Source: Lingula anatina
Lineage: Eukaryota; Animalia; Brachiopoda
Length of the DNA stretch: 64,000 nucleotides
NCBI GenBank assembly: GCA_051362555.1
Contig: CM120648.1
Location: 907,721-971,720, forward strand
Reading direction: 5' to 3'
Shown here: in pieces, positions 25,783 through 38,081 of the stretch
Layout of the letters: the number at the start of each line of letters is the position of its first letter
Position numbering within the stretch: position 1 is the first letter of the stretch
The notes under the pieces: model-generated
What the model saw: only the letters and a program-made list of their open reading frames with translations
Told to the model about the DNA's origin: nothing
The model's database searches: none
Position numbers and translations under genes: made by a program

Positions 25783-28700
25783 ACCTGCCTATGCACACCC
25801 CGACATTTTAGTTTCCTCAACCTAAAGACCTATGGGTATATAGCAGAAAATACAATTGAAAGATAATAATCAACCACCCCTAGGTCACCAAAGTCACCAA
25901 AAATCCGAAGGACACGTGCACATCCCTAATGGCAAGTTTAAATATCCCCAACGTCTCATGTTCCTCACTTTAATGGATAGAGGATACCAGTAACAACGAT
26001 ATAAAAAATATATACCCCCCCAAAGGACTGCAAAGTCCCCCTACTAAAGGTCTACGGGTAGATAGAAGAAATTACGATGTAAAAATTACAATCAACCACA
26101 ATAACAATTAACCACAATTCTGAATAAATATCAATCTACAAGCCTGTTGATCTCGCAGACCAACTACGTTAGTTAGGCTGCTAAACAACGAGTAGACCTA
26201 CCCCACCCCCCCCCCTCCGAACGCCTTATTAACAGTTTCAAAATGCAGACTGTGTCGCAGATAATACTTTCGGGTCAAATGAGAGCCAGCCAAGGGCACA
26301 TTTCGGGGACACCATTGATCACATCATGATGGACATTCACAGGTGTAGGACCAGAACAGAGCATCTCGGAAACCAAGGGACAGACGTAAATCATTACACT
26401 TGCGCGTGTCTTTCCTCATGGAAAAATTAGTCTTATAATCCAGTAACCTACGCGTAAATTATGTTTTCATAGCCTGGTTTACCTGATCTATTAGTTTTAT
26501 GCATCAAGCGGATCTGGGAAGGGAGGGCCCAGGGGGTCTGGACCCCCTTTTCTTCAACGCTGACCATAATGTCCCATAATGTACTGATTTTTAGAAATAC
26601 TGAATCCTCACCTACATACGCCTGTGTATTATAAAATTACTCAAAACATGCATTTAATACCACTAAAGAAACCCTATTCAGTCATACAAGTGAATTAAAA
26701 CGTACAGTTTACCTATTTTGGATAATGTTTACAGTACAAAAACAATATATTTCAAAAACGTTCTCTCTCATAGCGTTGGGCAAACAGGTACTATTTCACC
26801 ATTATCCCATGAAGTCGCAGGCAATATCTTATGTGGAGATGAAGTCGCAAAATATCCTATGAAGTCGATTTGACAGTAAAATCAGAGCATTTATCCTATG
26901 AAGTGGTAATATACCACGAAGTATCTTAACATACGTAACATATGTTAGGTACAAAATCTTGCTTTTCCCAAGTGTTTTGGTTAAATAATGCGAACCCCCA
27001 CCCCAAACGTGAGTAATGCAGTTGAGATGTAAACACAACTGAATATAACGAAACACCATAGTTAACTTACGTGCCATACTGCATGCCAGGAAACCCTGCC
27101 CTGCATGTCTCAAAGCATCCATAAGAGTCCACCAAACTTCCTCCCTGTCCCCTGAGAGTAGAGTGTCTAGCATCTCCTGGACTTTCTCCACTCTGGATGG
27201 CTGCTGAAGTATGGTGGCTCTTTCATCCTCACTGACTTTGCCTTTGTTGACAAGATGATCAAGTACACGATGAAGGCCTGGTTCTATGAGCTTTTCGGTT
27301 ATGTCTAAGTATGAACTTAGTATTCCCATCATACTGCTCGGTATCCAAACATCACGGCCTGCTCTCCTCCCCCGTGAGTAATGTGTAGTCAGTATATTAT
27401 GTCCCAACTTCTCATGACCTGCATCACATAGTGCAAGAGCCAACACCCTCATTGCTCTTAGACCCTTGTTTCTTTTATTCAAGACAGTGTACAGCAGTTC
27501 CCGTGCTGCCAGCAGAGTAGGGGGTCTTATTGGCTGCTGTTCGTCTAGGATTTTGTGGCGTTTTAGTATATCTGTGACATTAGCAAGTGTTGAACCATCC
27601 AGGAGTGCAGTACAGATGTCAACGTAATGCTCTTTTAAAGCTTTGACGTAGCCAGGATCATCGTCATATACTTCACGGGGACGCAGTGCTAAAATGAAGA
27701 AATGACCATAAACAAAATAATAATGATAACATTGATGATAAATAAGATATTATATGTTGCTCATACGTCCTACACTACACGCACAAGTGATAAATATATA
27801 TTAAGCTAGATACATTAAAAATAAATAACTAGATGAAGCAGACTTGAATCCAAGTTTTTTTACACATACCTTTAATTGATAACATGTTAACACTTTTTTT
27901 CATTCAAAGAAAGACGTGCAGAGAGATTGGAGTCATTTATTTTAAGGGGTATTTTAAACATAACAAAAATATTTTCACGAATATGTAAACTTGATAAATT
28001 TCTTTTTATTTTGAGATGCTGTGAGAAACCACTCCCGCTCGCACTTTTAAAGCATTTAAAAGAAAGGAATGTCATGTCAAACGCGCCTAACTTAATTTAA
28101 ACTTCAATAAGTTACTCCTGTAACTTTACGCAGATAATTAAGCTTTGATTGTGTTTATGCAATGTAATGGTTTTAGGCACCATTATTTAAAACAATCAGT
28201 CATAGCTATTCCCTCAAAGAGCCAAATTAGACTTGAGAAAATACATCGTCACTGTGCGTACAACACAAATATGGAATAGCCTACCCGATCAAGTTGTCAG
28301 GACAAAAGGCCTCAACTCTTTTAAGAACAGACTAGACAAGTAGTGGAATGACCAGGAACTCAAATATGACAATTACAGGTCCGAAATTAACATCACCGGA
28401 AGTCACAGTTAGCTTTGGAGGAAGAGTCCGATAACGAGGATACAGTAGGAACCTGAATCGGAAATCAACGCTAGTCTAATCTAAGTCAAAATTTATTTTT
28501 CATTTCGAGACGCCGTGAGAAATACTTGTTTAGTTTATCCGTCAGTTTTTTTTAAAGCCGTAGAATTTTTTTAACTAGCATTACTTAGTTTAGCCTATAT
28601 ACACCTGATAATCGTAATGCATTTACAACATTGGTCAAAAAGGTTGTCCCACCTTCAGTATCATGTACTTTTATTTATATATGATCACACCACAGGAGAA

Positions 28701-29582
28701 GATTGTTAGAAATAGTGATTTTCATTCCAGATACCATAACTAACATTGTTAGGATGACCAGGAACTCAAATGCAACCTAGCTGTGAAGATATCAAAATTT
28801 AATACCACTTATTCACATTTATTACATGTACCCCCTCAAATCCGACGTTTCACTGTGATTTTCACAGAGGTAAAGAAATGTCCATTAAATTGAAATGACA
28901 CCACCAAATGTCACCAAATGTTCACACATTTAGCATTAAGGCGTACTCGTTAAAGGCGCCATCAACAGGAGATAATTACAGTACACAGTAAACACACACG
29001 CTAATAGACACGTGACCTTTACGCATTTATAATATGACCCGACACGAGAACAATATTGATTTATCAAAACATGGACTTGGAACAACATCATGAACAACAT
29101 CATGGCGGCGGAAATAAAATGTGACTGATTGTTGTCAGGTGCAATATTTTTAGAGTGGCAAAAGTTAAATTGGAAAATACTGTCAACACTGAACCAGTTA
29201 TTCCAATTTACATGACACAAAAAGTTTCATTGCACTAACCTCTTCTGGATATCTCCTCTATGTCATGTTCAGCTTTCTCAACATATTTCACAATTTTTTT
29301 AACGCCAGCATCTTCCAATAGTTCCTTGAGTTTCTCGTAGTGTCCCACTGTTATAACACTACGATTATCCAAGGCTTTCAGGATGTCACTCATCGTATTA
29401 CAACGCTCCAATTCTCCATCTTCTAAATAAACTCCACTTACAAGTTGTTTTATGTCCTGTAACGTGGAAGTCGTAATTGTTTTGTTCAAATGAATAAACA
29501 GTTGATTTTGTCGCCGCCGGCTCGCTTTTTCTTCCCGAGACAAGCCTTCCAATCCTCTATATCGATTGTCAGGGTGCGCCAT
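16965..29582 (-). CDS. Paralog B: DED-(CARD-CARD)x2-(degenerate NACHT-like)x2-basic tail, about 916 aa if all exons are used
   Basis: Exons 29582-29240 (DED), 27688-27071 and 22859-22242 (two 618-nt CARD-CARD exons), 21768-21471 + 20878-20694 (module 1), 20332-20276 (linker), 19398-19092 + 18571-18408 (module 2), 18072-18013, 17776-17717, 17547-17521, tentative terminal exon 16978-16965. All junctions are GT-AG with compatible phases and the frame is open throughout. Confidence 0.8.
17383..17435. repeat. (AT)n microsatellite; other microsatellites at about 10153-10181 (GT), 18955-18999 and 39530-39575 (AAT), 23365-23410, 38023-38079 and 42334-42396 (AT), 25745-25783 (AAAT), 63790-63827 (CA)
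   Basis: Directly visible simple repeats. Confidence 0.95.
21209..21422. mobile_element. Short hairpin MITE; a second copy of the family lies inverted at about 55250-55470
   Basis: GACCTAACTCCCTGGGGGTTCACGCTAAAT and CTGACAGTAATCTAGTGAGACTCCCC recur as reverse complements at about 55400-55430 and 55293-55318. The element is absent from the paralog C intron. Confidence 0.7.
23718..26931. mobile_element. 3.2-kb non-autonomous TIR DNA transposon with TGT...ACA termini in an intron of paralog B
   Basis: About 41-bp near-perfect TIR (TGTTAAGATACTTC[A/G]TGGTATATTACCACTTCATAGGATAA) flanked on both sides by TACGTA. The paralogous intron at about 22095 shows the empty site with a single TACGTA. No transposase ORF is present. 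Confidence 0.85.
24480..26100. repeat. Foldback structure with internally repetitive arms and a nested hairpin (about 25092-25432) inside the 3.2-kb element
   Basis: GGGTGTGGCCGTCCCTGGGG at about 24797 is matched in inverted orientation by GGGACGGCCACACCCC (about 25580) and CCCCAGGGACAGCCACACCCC (about 25700). TTTTACATCG is matched by CGATGTAAAA. The inner arms AATTAAAAACTAATTCAAGGCCCCA...CAGGAATCCTAGC and GCTAGGATTCCTG...TGGGGTCTTGAATGGGTTTTAATT pair. Confidence 0.65.
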
Positions 29583-32500
29583 CTCAGTCAAGAGAAACGC
29601 TGCAGATGAGGTAAATTTAGATGCCCATCAGTGTCACTTCAGGTTGCAGAAACAATGGCATGCCCCGCCGTGCCTGACACTCTTTCTGAAACAACACATA
29701 AAAAAGTATGAAAAATATCATATAAATATCAAACTCCTAGTCCAAAATATTTTAATAGAACGTAAAATAGAGCACTACCATAATAAGCATTTTTCTTACC
29801 CAGTTGGATTCCGAGAAAGTCTGTTTTTGGTACATGTTAAAAGAACCTACTGCCATTTTACCAACGCACACCGATTATGAGCTCAGTATTCACAAAAGTT
29901 ACAAACCCTAAACATTAATCGTGATAACTTACATATTTGTGTTGTTTAACTAAGATAAGACATACTGAGTGCGTTGGTTATAATCCCATGCCCATTTTAT
30001 CGGGTCACGTTGAATGACAAAAAATTGCCCCAGCCTCATATACATGAAAGATTATACAAATCAACAAGATCGATGTCTTTTATCTTGGGAACAAGTTTAA
30101 TTTAGTATAAAGTTAGTGTGCACTATTTCCAAATTAATAAAAAAATTCCTTCTAATTTATTTACTCTATTTCCCCAATTTGTAACCCTTAGTCTCTCTTA
30201 CGTAGTCTCGTTCGTCATTTTTTTTTTCTAAATGCCTTCTCTCTCACTACTGGCAAGGTAAATTAATTAGATATTAGCAGTTCATAGGTTCTATCAGCTA
30301 TTTACTTGATTGCCCAATCAGAATCATTCGGGAGCATACGAAGAATAATTTTAAGTTCATCGGTTTTGATATTCATGATCTCCTGACACAGTACACAAGG
30401 CACGGATTCCTTAATAGCTGCATTATCTATTCGTTAAACATTGACGTTGACTTAACGTGAAAAAATCCCCGGTATTTTGGGCAGTATAGACGTATGTATT
30501 TCCTCTGTGATATGAATAGCCCTCTGGAGAGGAAGTTGTTGTTGCCAAATAAGCAAAAAAAAAAAAAAACGGGGATTGTTTCTGTTTCAAAAATTTGTAA
30601 GGCGAACCGAAATTTCACCTTTTCAAAAAAAAAATCTCACATTTAGCTTTTTAACAAGCATGTTACGATAAAATGTAAAGACCCAAATACGTGACCTAAA
30701 CAACCTCCCCCCCCTCCCCCAAAAAAAGAAAAAAATTATAAAAGATAAAATTTTAATTTCTTTCGTACCTTCTTTCAAAATAATGGGTTTGGGTACGTCG
30801 TGTCAGGACGAGGAATCCTGCCTCCACAGACACAGCACGAAATGTACATCCAGAATTATCGTTGCAAACTATAATTACTTTTATAACCAAGTACTTGCTG
30901 GCTATATCACTGGGAGTCTCCCTTCTGAACTTAATCTAACATCTGGACACCAGACTTCATGGCTGCACTGGCACACATCAAAGGGTGAGCATTACATCAC
31001 ACTGTCCAATGGCAGGTCACTACTGGTCCACAAGGGTTAAGTAACCACAACTTTTACTGTCTTACAAACAGACAGCCTCTGCCACTCAGTAGGACAGCAC
31101 GATAAGAAGACTAGTAAGGACTATACAACAAACCTGCTTAAGGCCGGTGATAGGGTTAAATACGCTTAAAATCATGTTTTTGAGTTTTTTGTGTGTTTAT
31201 ATTAATCAAAAAAGTATCTAACGTTGGGTGTAATAATTTTTATGAATTTGCATCGCAAAATGTGTCTTTTGATGAGTTTTTCAACCGGCACGCGCCCCAG
31301 TCAGGCTGACAACTAAGCCACGCCTCTGTTACTAAGGGCCGTTGCCATGAGGGGGTCGGAGCACAGTTAATGAGTTATAAGCCGATTACGTGTGCGGTAG
31401 TAGGTCATAAGTCTTACATCAGCTTAGCAGTGAAGAAGTCTAGCTAGTACACTATGGGGAAGAATAAAGTTCGTGTTAAAAGTCCATTTCCTGAGGAAAG
31501 AAAGAAAATCTTGGACCTATGCGTGGCAGTTGGGGAAAACCGGTCCTATTTGTTTAGACGGATGACTGATTTCTGAATACCTAATAAATGGGCAAAAGAG
31601 TTAATCGAATCGTCTTAATTAATTAACAAATGAAAGAAAAATCGATAATAAAAAAACGCTAAAAAGGATACTTTTAGCCTAGCTAATTTTTGCAACCGGA
31701 AATGATTGTTGGTCGCCGTTTGCAAAAGGTAAATCTAATGTTGACAAAATAAAATTTTATTCTCCAAGATATGATATCATGGAGCTTGAGAGACACGCGA
31801 AAAATTGTGATGTGAATGGCCAAACAAGAGAAATCCAAGCAAGGTTTGACAGCATGATTAAAACAAATTAAATAAAAACGCATGTTAGCGGCTTTGCATT
31901 TTGCGATGTTTGTAGAAAAACATTAGGAGCTTAGACACAAGACCTCCAAAAACAAGGTAAGACATTCCTTCACTTTTTTTATTTCCCACCTCCCAACCCA
32001 AGCAGCATATCAAAAGCCCCACCTTTAATAATTATGTGTTACGTCATTCTAACTAATTTTACTTAATTTCATTCATCAATTCCCAACCTACGTTCAATAG
32101 GGTGACTCCCGTTTTCGTCCACGTCCTCACACATAATTATAAAACTTAGCAAATAATTTTATTCCAAAAGTCTTGGTTATAAATGTATATATACGGGCAG
32201 CATGGGGGCACCGTGTGGACTTTCTATAACAAGCATAACTTGTGGGTGGCCATGTTCCCAGTAACTTTGCCTTGTATCAAGCATCACAGCATGTGTCATC
32301 TTTTAAACTAGAATTCCAATAAGCATTGTCATCCCATCGTACAATAAGATTAAATATTATATGTTCTGTACTTACGGGATGTTCTTCTAATTTGATGACC
32401 TACTGTACTTCACTCGATATTAACCAATAATATTCAATCCAAACACCAAATGGGCGTTAAGCTCTTGGAGTCGCCTAATGAATTGTCATTGAACTCACAA

Positions 32501-34204
32501 AAAATGTGGCTGCAGCCATGACAGCCATAATATATATACGTGATAATCTTGACACTCGCTCCTCCCACTATACGGCAATTGACTAATCAGAATTTACAAC
32601 TGCTGACCCATGTGACCTACTGAGTGCTCCGTGCGTGAACACAACTGCAGATAGCTGTTTCAATTAAAAAAAAATATATCTGAAGGAGCATATATAAATA
32701 CACACACATATGTATAGCCGTAAAGTCTTGTGGAAAATTAACAAAGAGATCAGTATTCTTAAAACCCTGCGCACCTAAACTTTACTTTAAATGTTTTCTA
32801 ATGGTTTACAAAGATAAGGTGTACGTTATTATATATGTCTCCTGCCATCTTATCATGTCACGTTGAATGACACACAGAATATTCCCCAACCTCATACTTA
32901 TACGTACATTGGGCAAATCACGTAGACCGACGCCTTTCACTTTGGTTACAAGTTCCAGTTAGTTTTCTGGTGTACAGAATTCAATAACCCTTTCCTGAAT
33001 TTTTTATTATTTACTATCGCCTCTACATGTATAAAATAACCAAAAATAAATTAAGTTAATAATTTCAACTTAGGCTTTATTTGTAGTTTGGAGTCACTTG
33101 GACTCCGATTTTATTCTCAGTGTAGGTTTTTATTTGTCGTGCGATGTCGGGACGGCGCCCGTATGTTGCCAGCTTGTACTGTACACTTGAAAGTTTGTGG
33201 CTAATGAAAATAGCAAATAAATTGTTCTTCGACCCAATACAACGAGATCAGTATTGATAAAGCTCTGCGCCCCTAAATTTTAACTTAAATATTTTCTGAT
33301 GTTTAAGATATATAAGGTGTATATGTTATATATGTCTCCTGGCCAATCTTATCATATCACGTTGAATGACACAATTTTCCCCAATTTACATGTTATATAC
33401 ATTGGACAAACCAAGTAGATCGGCGACTTTCACTTTGGTTACAAGTTCCAGTTAATTTTCTGGTGTACAGAGGTCAAGTAACTTTTCCGATATACATAAT
33501 GGGAATTCATTACCGTCTCTATCTATCGAATTGGCGGCCAGTAGTGCCTCTCTGCACCCACCCCACTCCCGATAAAAAATTATGTTACCCCTCTCGGCAA
33601 TTGACTGAAAAAGGTAGAGCTTAATTTGGGCTTTGGGACGCGCCAGGACGCTGAATACTGCCTCCACGCGGACCGTGCAAAAAGGAAAACATGTTTTCCG
33701 GGCAACAAACGAGCAACGTATGGACATCACAAGACTTCAGTTTGAATCCTTGGTAAATTAAAACACATTTATTCAGGTACTGTGCTCACAACACTCGAAA
33801 GGTTGAAGGTGCCCCAGTTACCAGTATATATCTCTTACAGTTTGTCTTGTATCAAACATGCAAATGTGTTCTGATGAATGTAATTGCCAACTTGTGTCAA
33901 CTTTAAGCGTATTAATTACCTCTTATACTAATATTCTTATAAGAATCACCATGCTATAAGATTAAGAATAATACGGTTTCTACTCACCGAATGTTCATCT
34001 GGTTGTTATTTGATGAACTATTTCAATGCCTGTCTGCTTGTTTGTCGTTTGGACCTTCGTCACAAGTTATGATCAGTCTTTGTCGAAAAACTGCGTACAA
34101 AATGAACTGAACCTTGCGTCACTGCTATAAAAATACAACGACGCCCCTTGTGTTTACCTATGTGTCCTTATCACAGTCCCTGGCTCCAAAGCTCAAGGCT
34201 CTTA

Positions 34205-34516
34205 GGAACCATTCAGATCGAGAAGAGCCGAGTGCTAGTAAAACTGCGAACTAAATGTGGCGGACCTACATGAAAGGAAGACCGCTAATCCTGTAAAGGT
34301 CTCTCCGCCTCTCACACCCCTCCCCACGCGTCGTCCCTCGACCGGTTGAATTGAGCGGTTGAGATTAAATTACTGTGCCCCTGCTGGGACGACGCGTGGG
34401 GAGTGTGAGAGGCGGAGAGACCATTACATGATTAGCTTTCTTCCTTTCATGTAGGTCTGCCATATTTAGGTCGCGGCCTTACTAATACTCGGCTCTTCTC
34501 AATCTGAATGGTCCCT
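34205..34516. mobile_element. Foldback MITE with about 135-bp inverted arms
   Basis: GGAACCATTCAGATCGAGAAGAGCCGAGT...CCCCACGCGTCGTCCC pairs with GGGACGACGCGTGGGG...ACTCGGCTCTTCTCAATCTGAATGGTCCC. It is flanked by TTA/TAA and is absent from the paralogous site upstream of A (about 14240-14255). Confidence 0.85.
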
Positions 34517-37394
34517 AAGTAAGTAATGGTTTTCAGTAAATATCCGAAAACAATGGATTTAGATAGTAAGTGACCCCAAAGTTCAAAATAACCCGTAGTA
34601 CTTGCTTAAAAACAAAGTACACACCCATTGTGGAATTTTTAAATTTGATGCTAAAAAGTCCCCTACATGTAACTTTGATAAAATATAGATTAAAATTTAA
34701 CCCATAACTTTGGAGTTTTAATATTTAACATATTAAGTTTTGTTATATAAAAAGGTTATCATACGTGTTTTCGTACATGTACGTGTCTTTGTTGAGGAAG
34801 CAGTGGTGAAGTGGGAGAGGAGGATAAGGGGGAACAAAGGAGTTTTCTAGCACGTAACCACACATGGGAGATTTAAAAATGTAGGTGAAATTGACCGATT
34901 TCAAACTGCATTTCGTAAGTGTGGTGGTGCTAGAACTTGGAACTGAAGGTCAGAGGTCCGTGTACACTCAGCTCTACCCTGTATTTTGTCAACGTACATC
35001 TATGCTTTCAGTATCGATATCGAGAAGCGATGACCGTATAAGGTGATCCAATTTGATAATCGACAAAGTGTCACATGATGGAGTAAGTACGTTACCCCGA
35101 GGTTCAGAGGCCAGTCGAAGATAATCTTTATTTTGTCAACATGCCGCTGATGTTTCCATTAACCCAAGTGAAAGTGTAATTAAAGGACAAGGTCTTCAGA
35201 CACCCTTGTTACCAACTGCACTCAAGAAAGTAGTAAACCAAATATAGCTAATTCGGACAAAGTCAACTTTCTACACCATGTTTAACAGAGGTTACTCGGA
35301 ATTTTCCTCTAATTCATCAACATGTGCTATAAATTTACGTATTTTTAAATTATGCTACATTATCTATCATTATCTACAATAACTTAACATTATTCTTTTA
35401 CTAGAGGGACCTTTCAATAAAAGTCAACGGCCAAATTTCGAACACCATATTTGTTTTTGTCCTTTATTTATACTTTTCAGGGGCGGATTGAGGCCGTCTT
35501 CTGGGTCTTCCGGAAGACGGTCAGATTTTCAAGTTTACATTGACGGGTATCTAATTTTTTCTGTCGGAAGACGGTCAAAAATGGAGGATGGATCAACAAA
35601 GATAATTTGGAAGACTGTCAGAAAATATCTCTGGATCCGTCCCTGCTTTTGCTTGGGTTAATAAGATGTGGAAGGTTGCAAACCCATGAGGCAAGCCGCT
35701 GTCACAGGATGTGATTACTTCCTATTTCTTACAAAGTGATAGCTAACAAAGTAATGACTGATTTGGCAGATTAGAGAATAGCTGAATGCAGTTGTTATGT
35801 TGTTGTGTGCCGTCACTGCTGTCTAAGTTGCATGCGTTTTGTGTGCGTATTTTGATCGTCTTAGACCAAAATAATTTTTGACGGAAGCGCAACTGAGTGC
35901 GTTAGTGGTGAGTAGTATCTGGCATCTTGTTTGCATGCATCATGTTCGGGTTACGTATGTTTATGTCCATATTCATTCATTTATTATCTATTTATTTATT
36001 TATTTAATGTAAAACCGGCGAGCACTTGGCACGTATTCACAATGATTAGTTTGTTTCGTAAAATTATTTCGGGAGTAATGACATGATCGACTACAGGAGA
36101 AACTTTTTAAAGGGTTTTATTTTTCTTTACAAACCTTAAGTGACGTTGCGAAGATACTTGTATGTTTTACGTACTGCATCTGTGTATCTGTCTATCTCTG
36201 TTTCATGAATGACTATGTGTGCTGATGGCCTCTTTCCGGTAAATTTTACAAAATTAAATTGCTGATAAAATCGCCCAATACCATTCAACATTATTCATGA
36301 AAGTAGGTTTTGAAGTTTATATCATGATATCAGCCTTTTTTCCATAATAATTTTCTAATAAAATGAATGAAAAAGAAAAACAGATCGCTGCTTCATTTTA
36401 CTTATAGTGTAGACGTAAAGGCGAAGCCGATTATTTTTTGCGTACCTCATACCATGGGTTTCATGATTAAAATATCATGTGAATTGATTGTGCCACTGTT
36501 TTGGGTACTTAATTGTGCGATCTTTTTATTTACAGAAAACGTAATGTGAAATGAAAAACTACGACAACAATCCCAAGAGAACATGATGAATTTTGTCACA
36601 AAAATTAACAATAACATTGCAAAGCCATTCGAAACAGTTCCCAACTATAAATGAACGAGAAGAGTTGAGATGAAATCAAAAGACCATGAGAAACAATTAA
36701 AGTAAGTTCTAAATTATTGCAGAATTATTCTGCATTATTGAACACATTTATTGTCTTCAAAGGTTTTGTCAAAAGAAAGAACAAACTTATTTTTTGTTTT
36801 TTCAAAGCTTCATTTATTAGAAACAAGTACTCAAGCACATGCACAGGTATAAATGCCAAAAGTCAAACGCATCCCTTTTTCTTTTCACATTAATCTACTT
36901 TATATGTAGTAATACATGTCATTTCATCTTAAATCCCGCTATGAAGGACATATACAATTGTACATGTAACTAATAAAGATGTATAATAAGGTTGCGTATG
37001 GGTCACTAGCAGCTTTGATTGGCAGTGCTTGCAGTTCATACACAATAGCCGAACAGTGGATGAGACCGTGTTTTTAAACAAGTTATTTCACTCTTTTTAA
37101 ATGTATTAGAAATTCTACTTGAGTTAGAATATATACATAAAGTATCTGTTCCATGAAAGACGAATACGTTGTCGATGTCTGAGCTATAAAAATTTTCAAT
37201 AATTCAAACCCAATATTTCCCATGGGATTGTATTCCTTTATGACAACTGGGGTCTTTTTGTCGGATAAACAGGACGCTCATGACGTCACACGCAACCTTT
37301 ATTATCCTCTATTACGAAAGGCATATATCAACAATATTGGAATGTTTTGTCATTTTGCAGTTAGATGCGATAATTGTTCTAGTAAATAATTTCT

Positions 37395-37430
<36 letters not shown>

Positions 37431-37592
37431 GTTATCACATTTTCACATAATTCATACTGGTTATTGTCATTTACAACCCAAAGAAATCTACTTTAAGAAA
37501 TGAGATATTTACATTAGTTTTTATACTTGATTAATATATAAAAAAGGTACCAGGTGTTAAGGTACAGGTTTTGCTCCTAGGGCTTTCTTATA

Positions 37593-37958
37593 TCAGGTGA
37601 AAAGTACTGGGGTCATAAATGACCTTACATATTTTTCATAATTTAACCATATATTATAGTCGAGCAATATAGTGAGAAATCCATGCACTTCAACCAACTA
37701 TCATGAGATTCGTTACAAATAATCTTACTTAGTTAATATATAAATACAACATAAGCATTTGTCAAAAAGTTATCTAGAGTAACCGATTCCCTCAAGTAAG
37801 GAACCGTCAAATATTCAATATCCTTCGCCTTCCCTATCAATTAAGATAGAACGGCCTAACATTTTCATTATCACACATGTTAAGAATAATATATATATAC
37901 TCGTACAGGAAAAACACTTTTACTTTATATATATGTGGTTAAAATAATAAGCCCTACT

Positions 37959-37993
<35 letters not shown>

Positions 37994-38021
37994 TTTGTTT
38001 GTTTGTTTGATTTGTTAATTG

Positions 38022-38081
<60 letters not shown>

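Noticed and set aside
26829-27070. C-terminal extensions of ORF-track entries (…KLTMVFRYIQLCLHL…), also at 22141-22241 and 42468-42835
   Set aside because: These are read-through into introns past a conserved GTAAGT donor; lengths and stops differ between copies.
23058-28075. Identical 62-aa ORFs at 23058 and 27887
   Set aside because: A by-product of the recent intron duplication; the paralog C copy differs by indels.
31138-32028. Possible TTAA-flanked (Kolobok- or piggyBac-like) insertion upstream of paralog B
   Set aside because: The termini match only weakly (TTAAGG.../...CCTTTAA); no convincing TIR or ORF.
32740-33480. Local direct repeat of about 200 bp spaced about 500 bp apart (related copy at about 29.9-30.1 kb)
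   Set aside because: An ordinary diverged non-coding duplication with no evidence of function.
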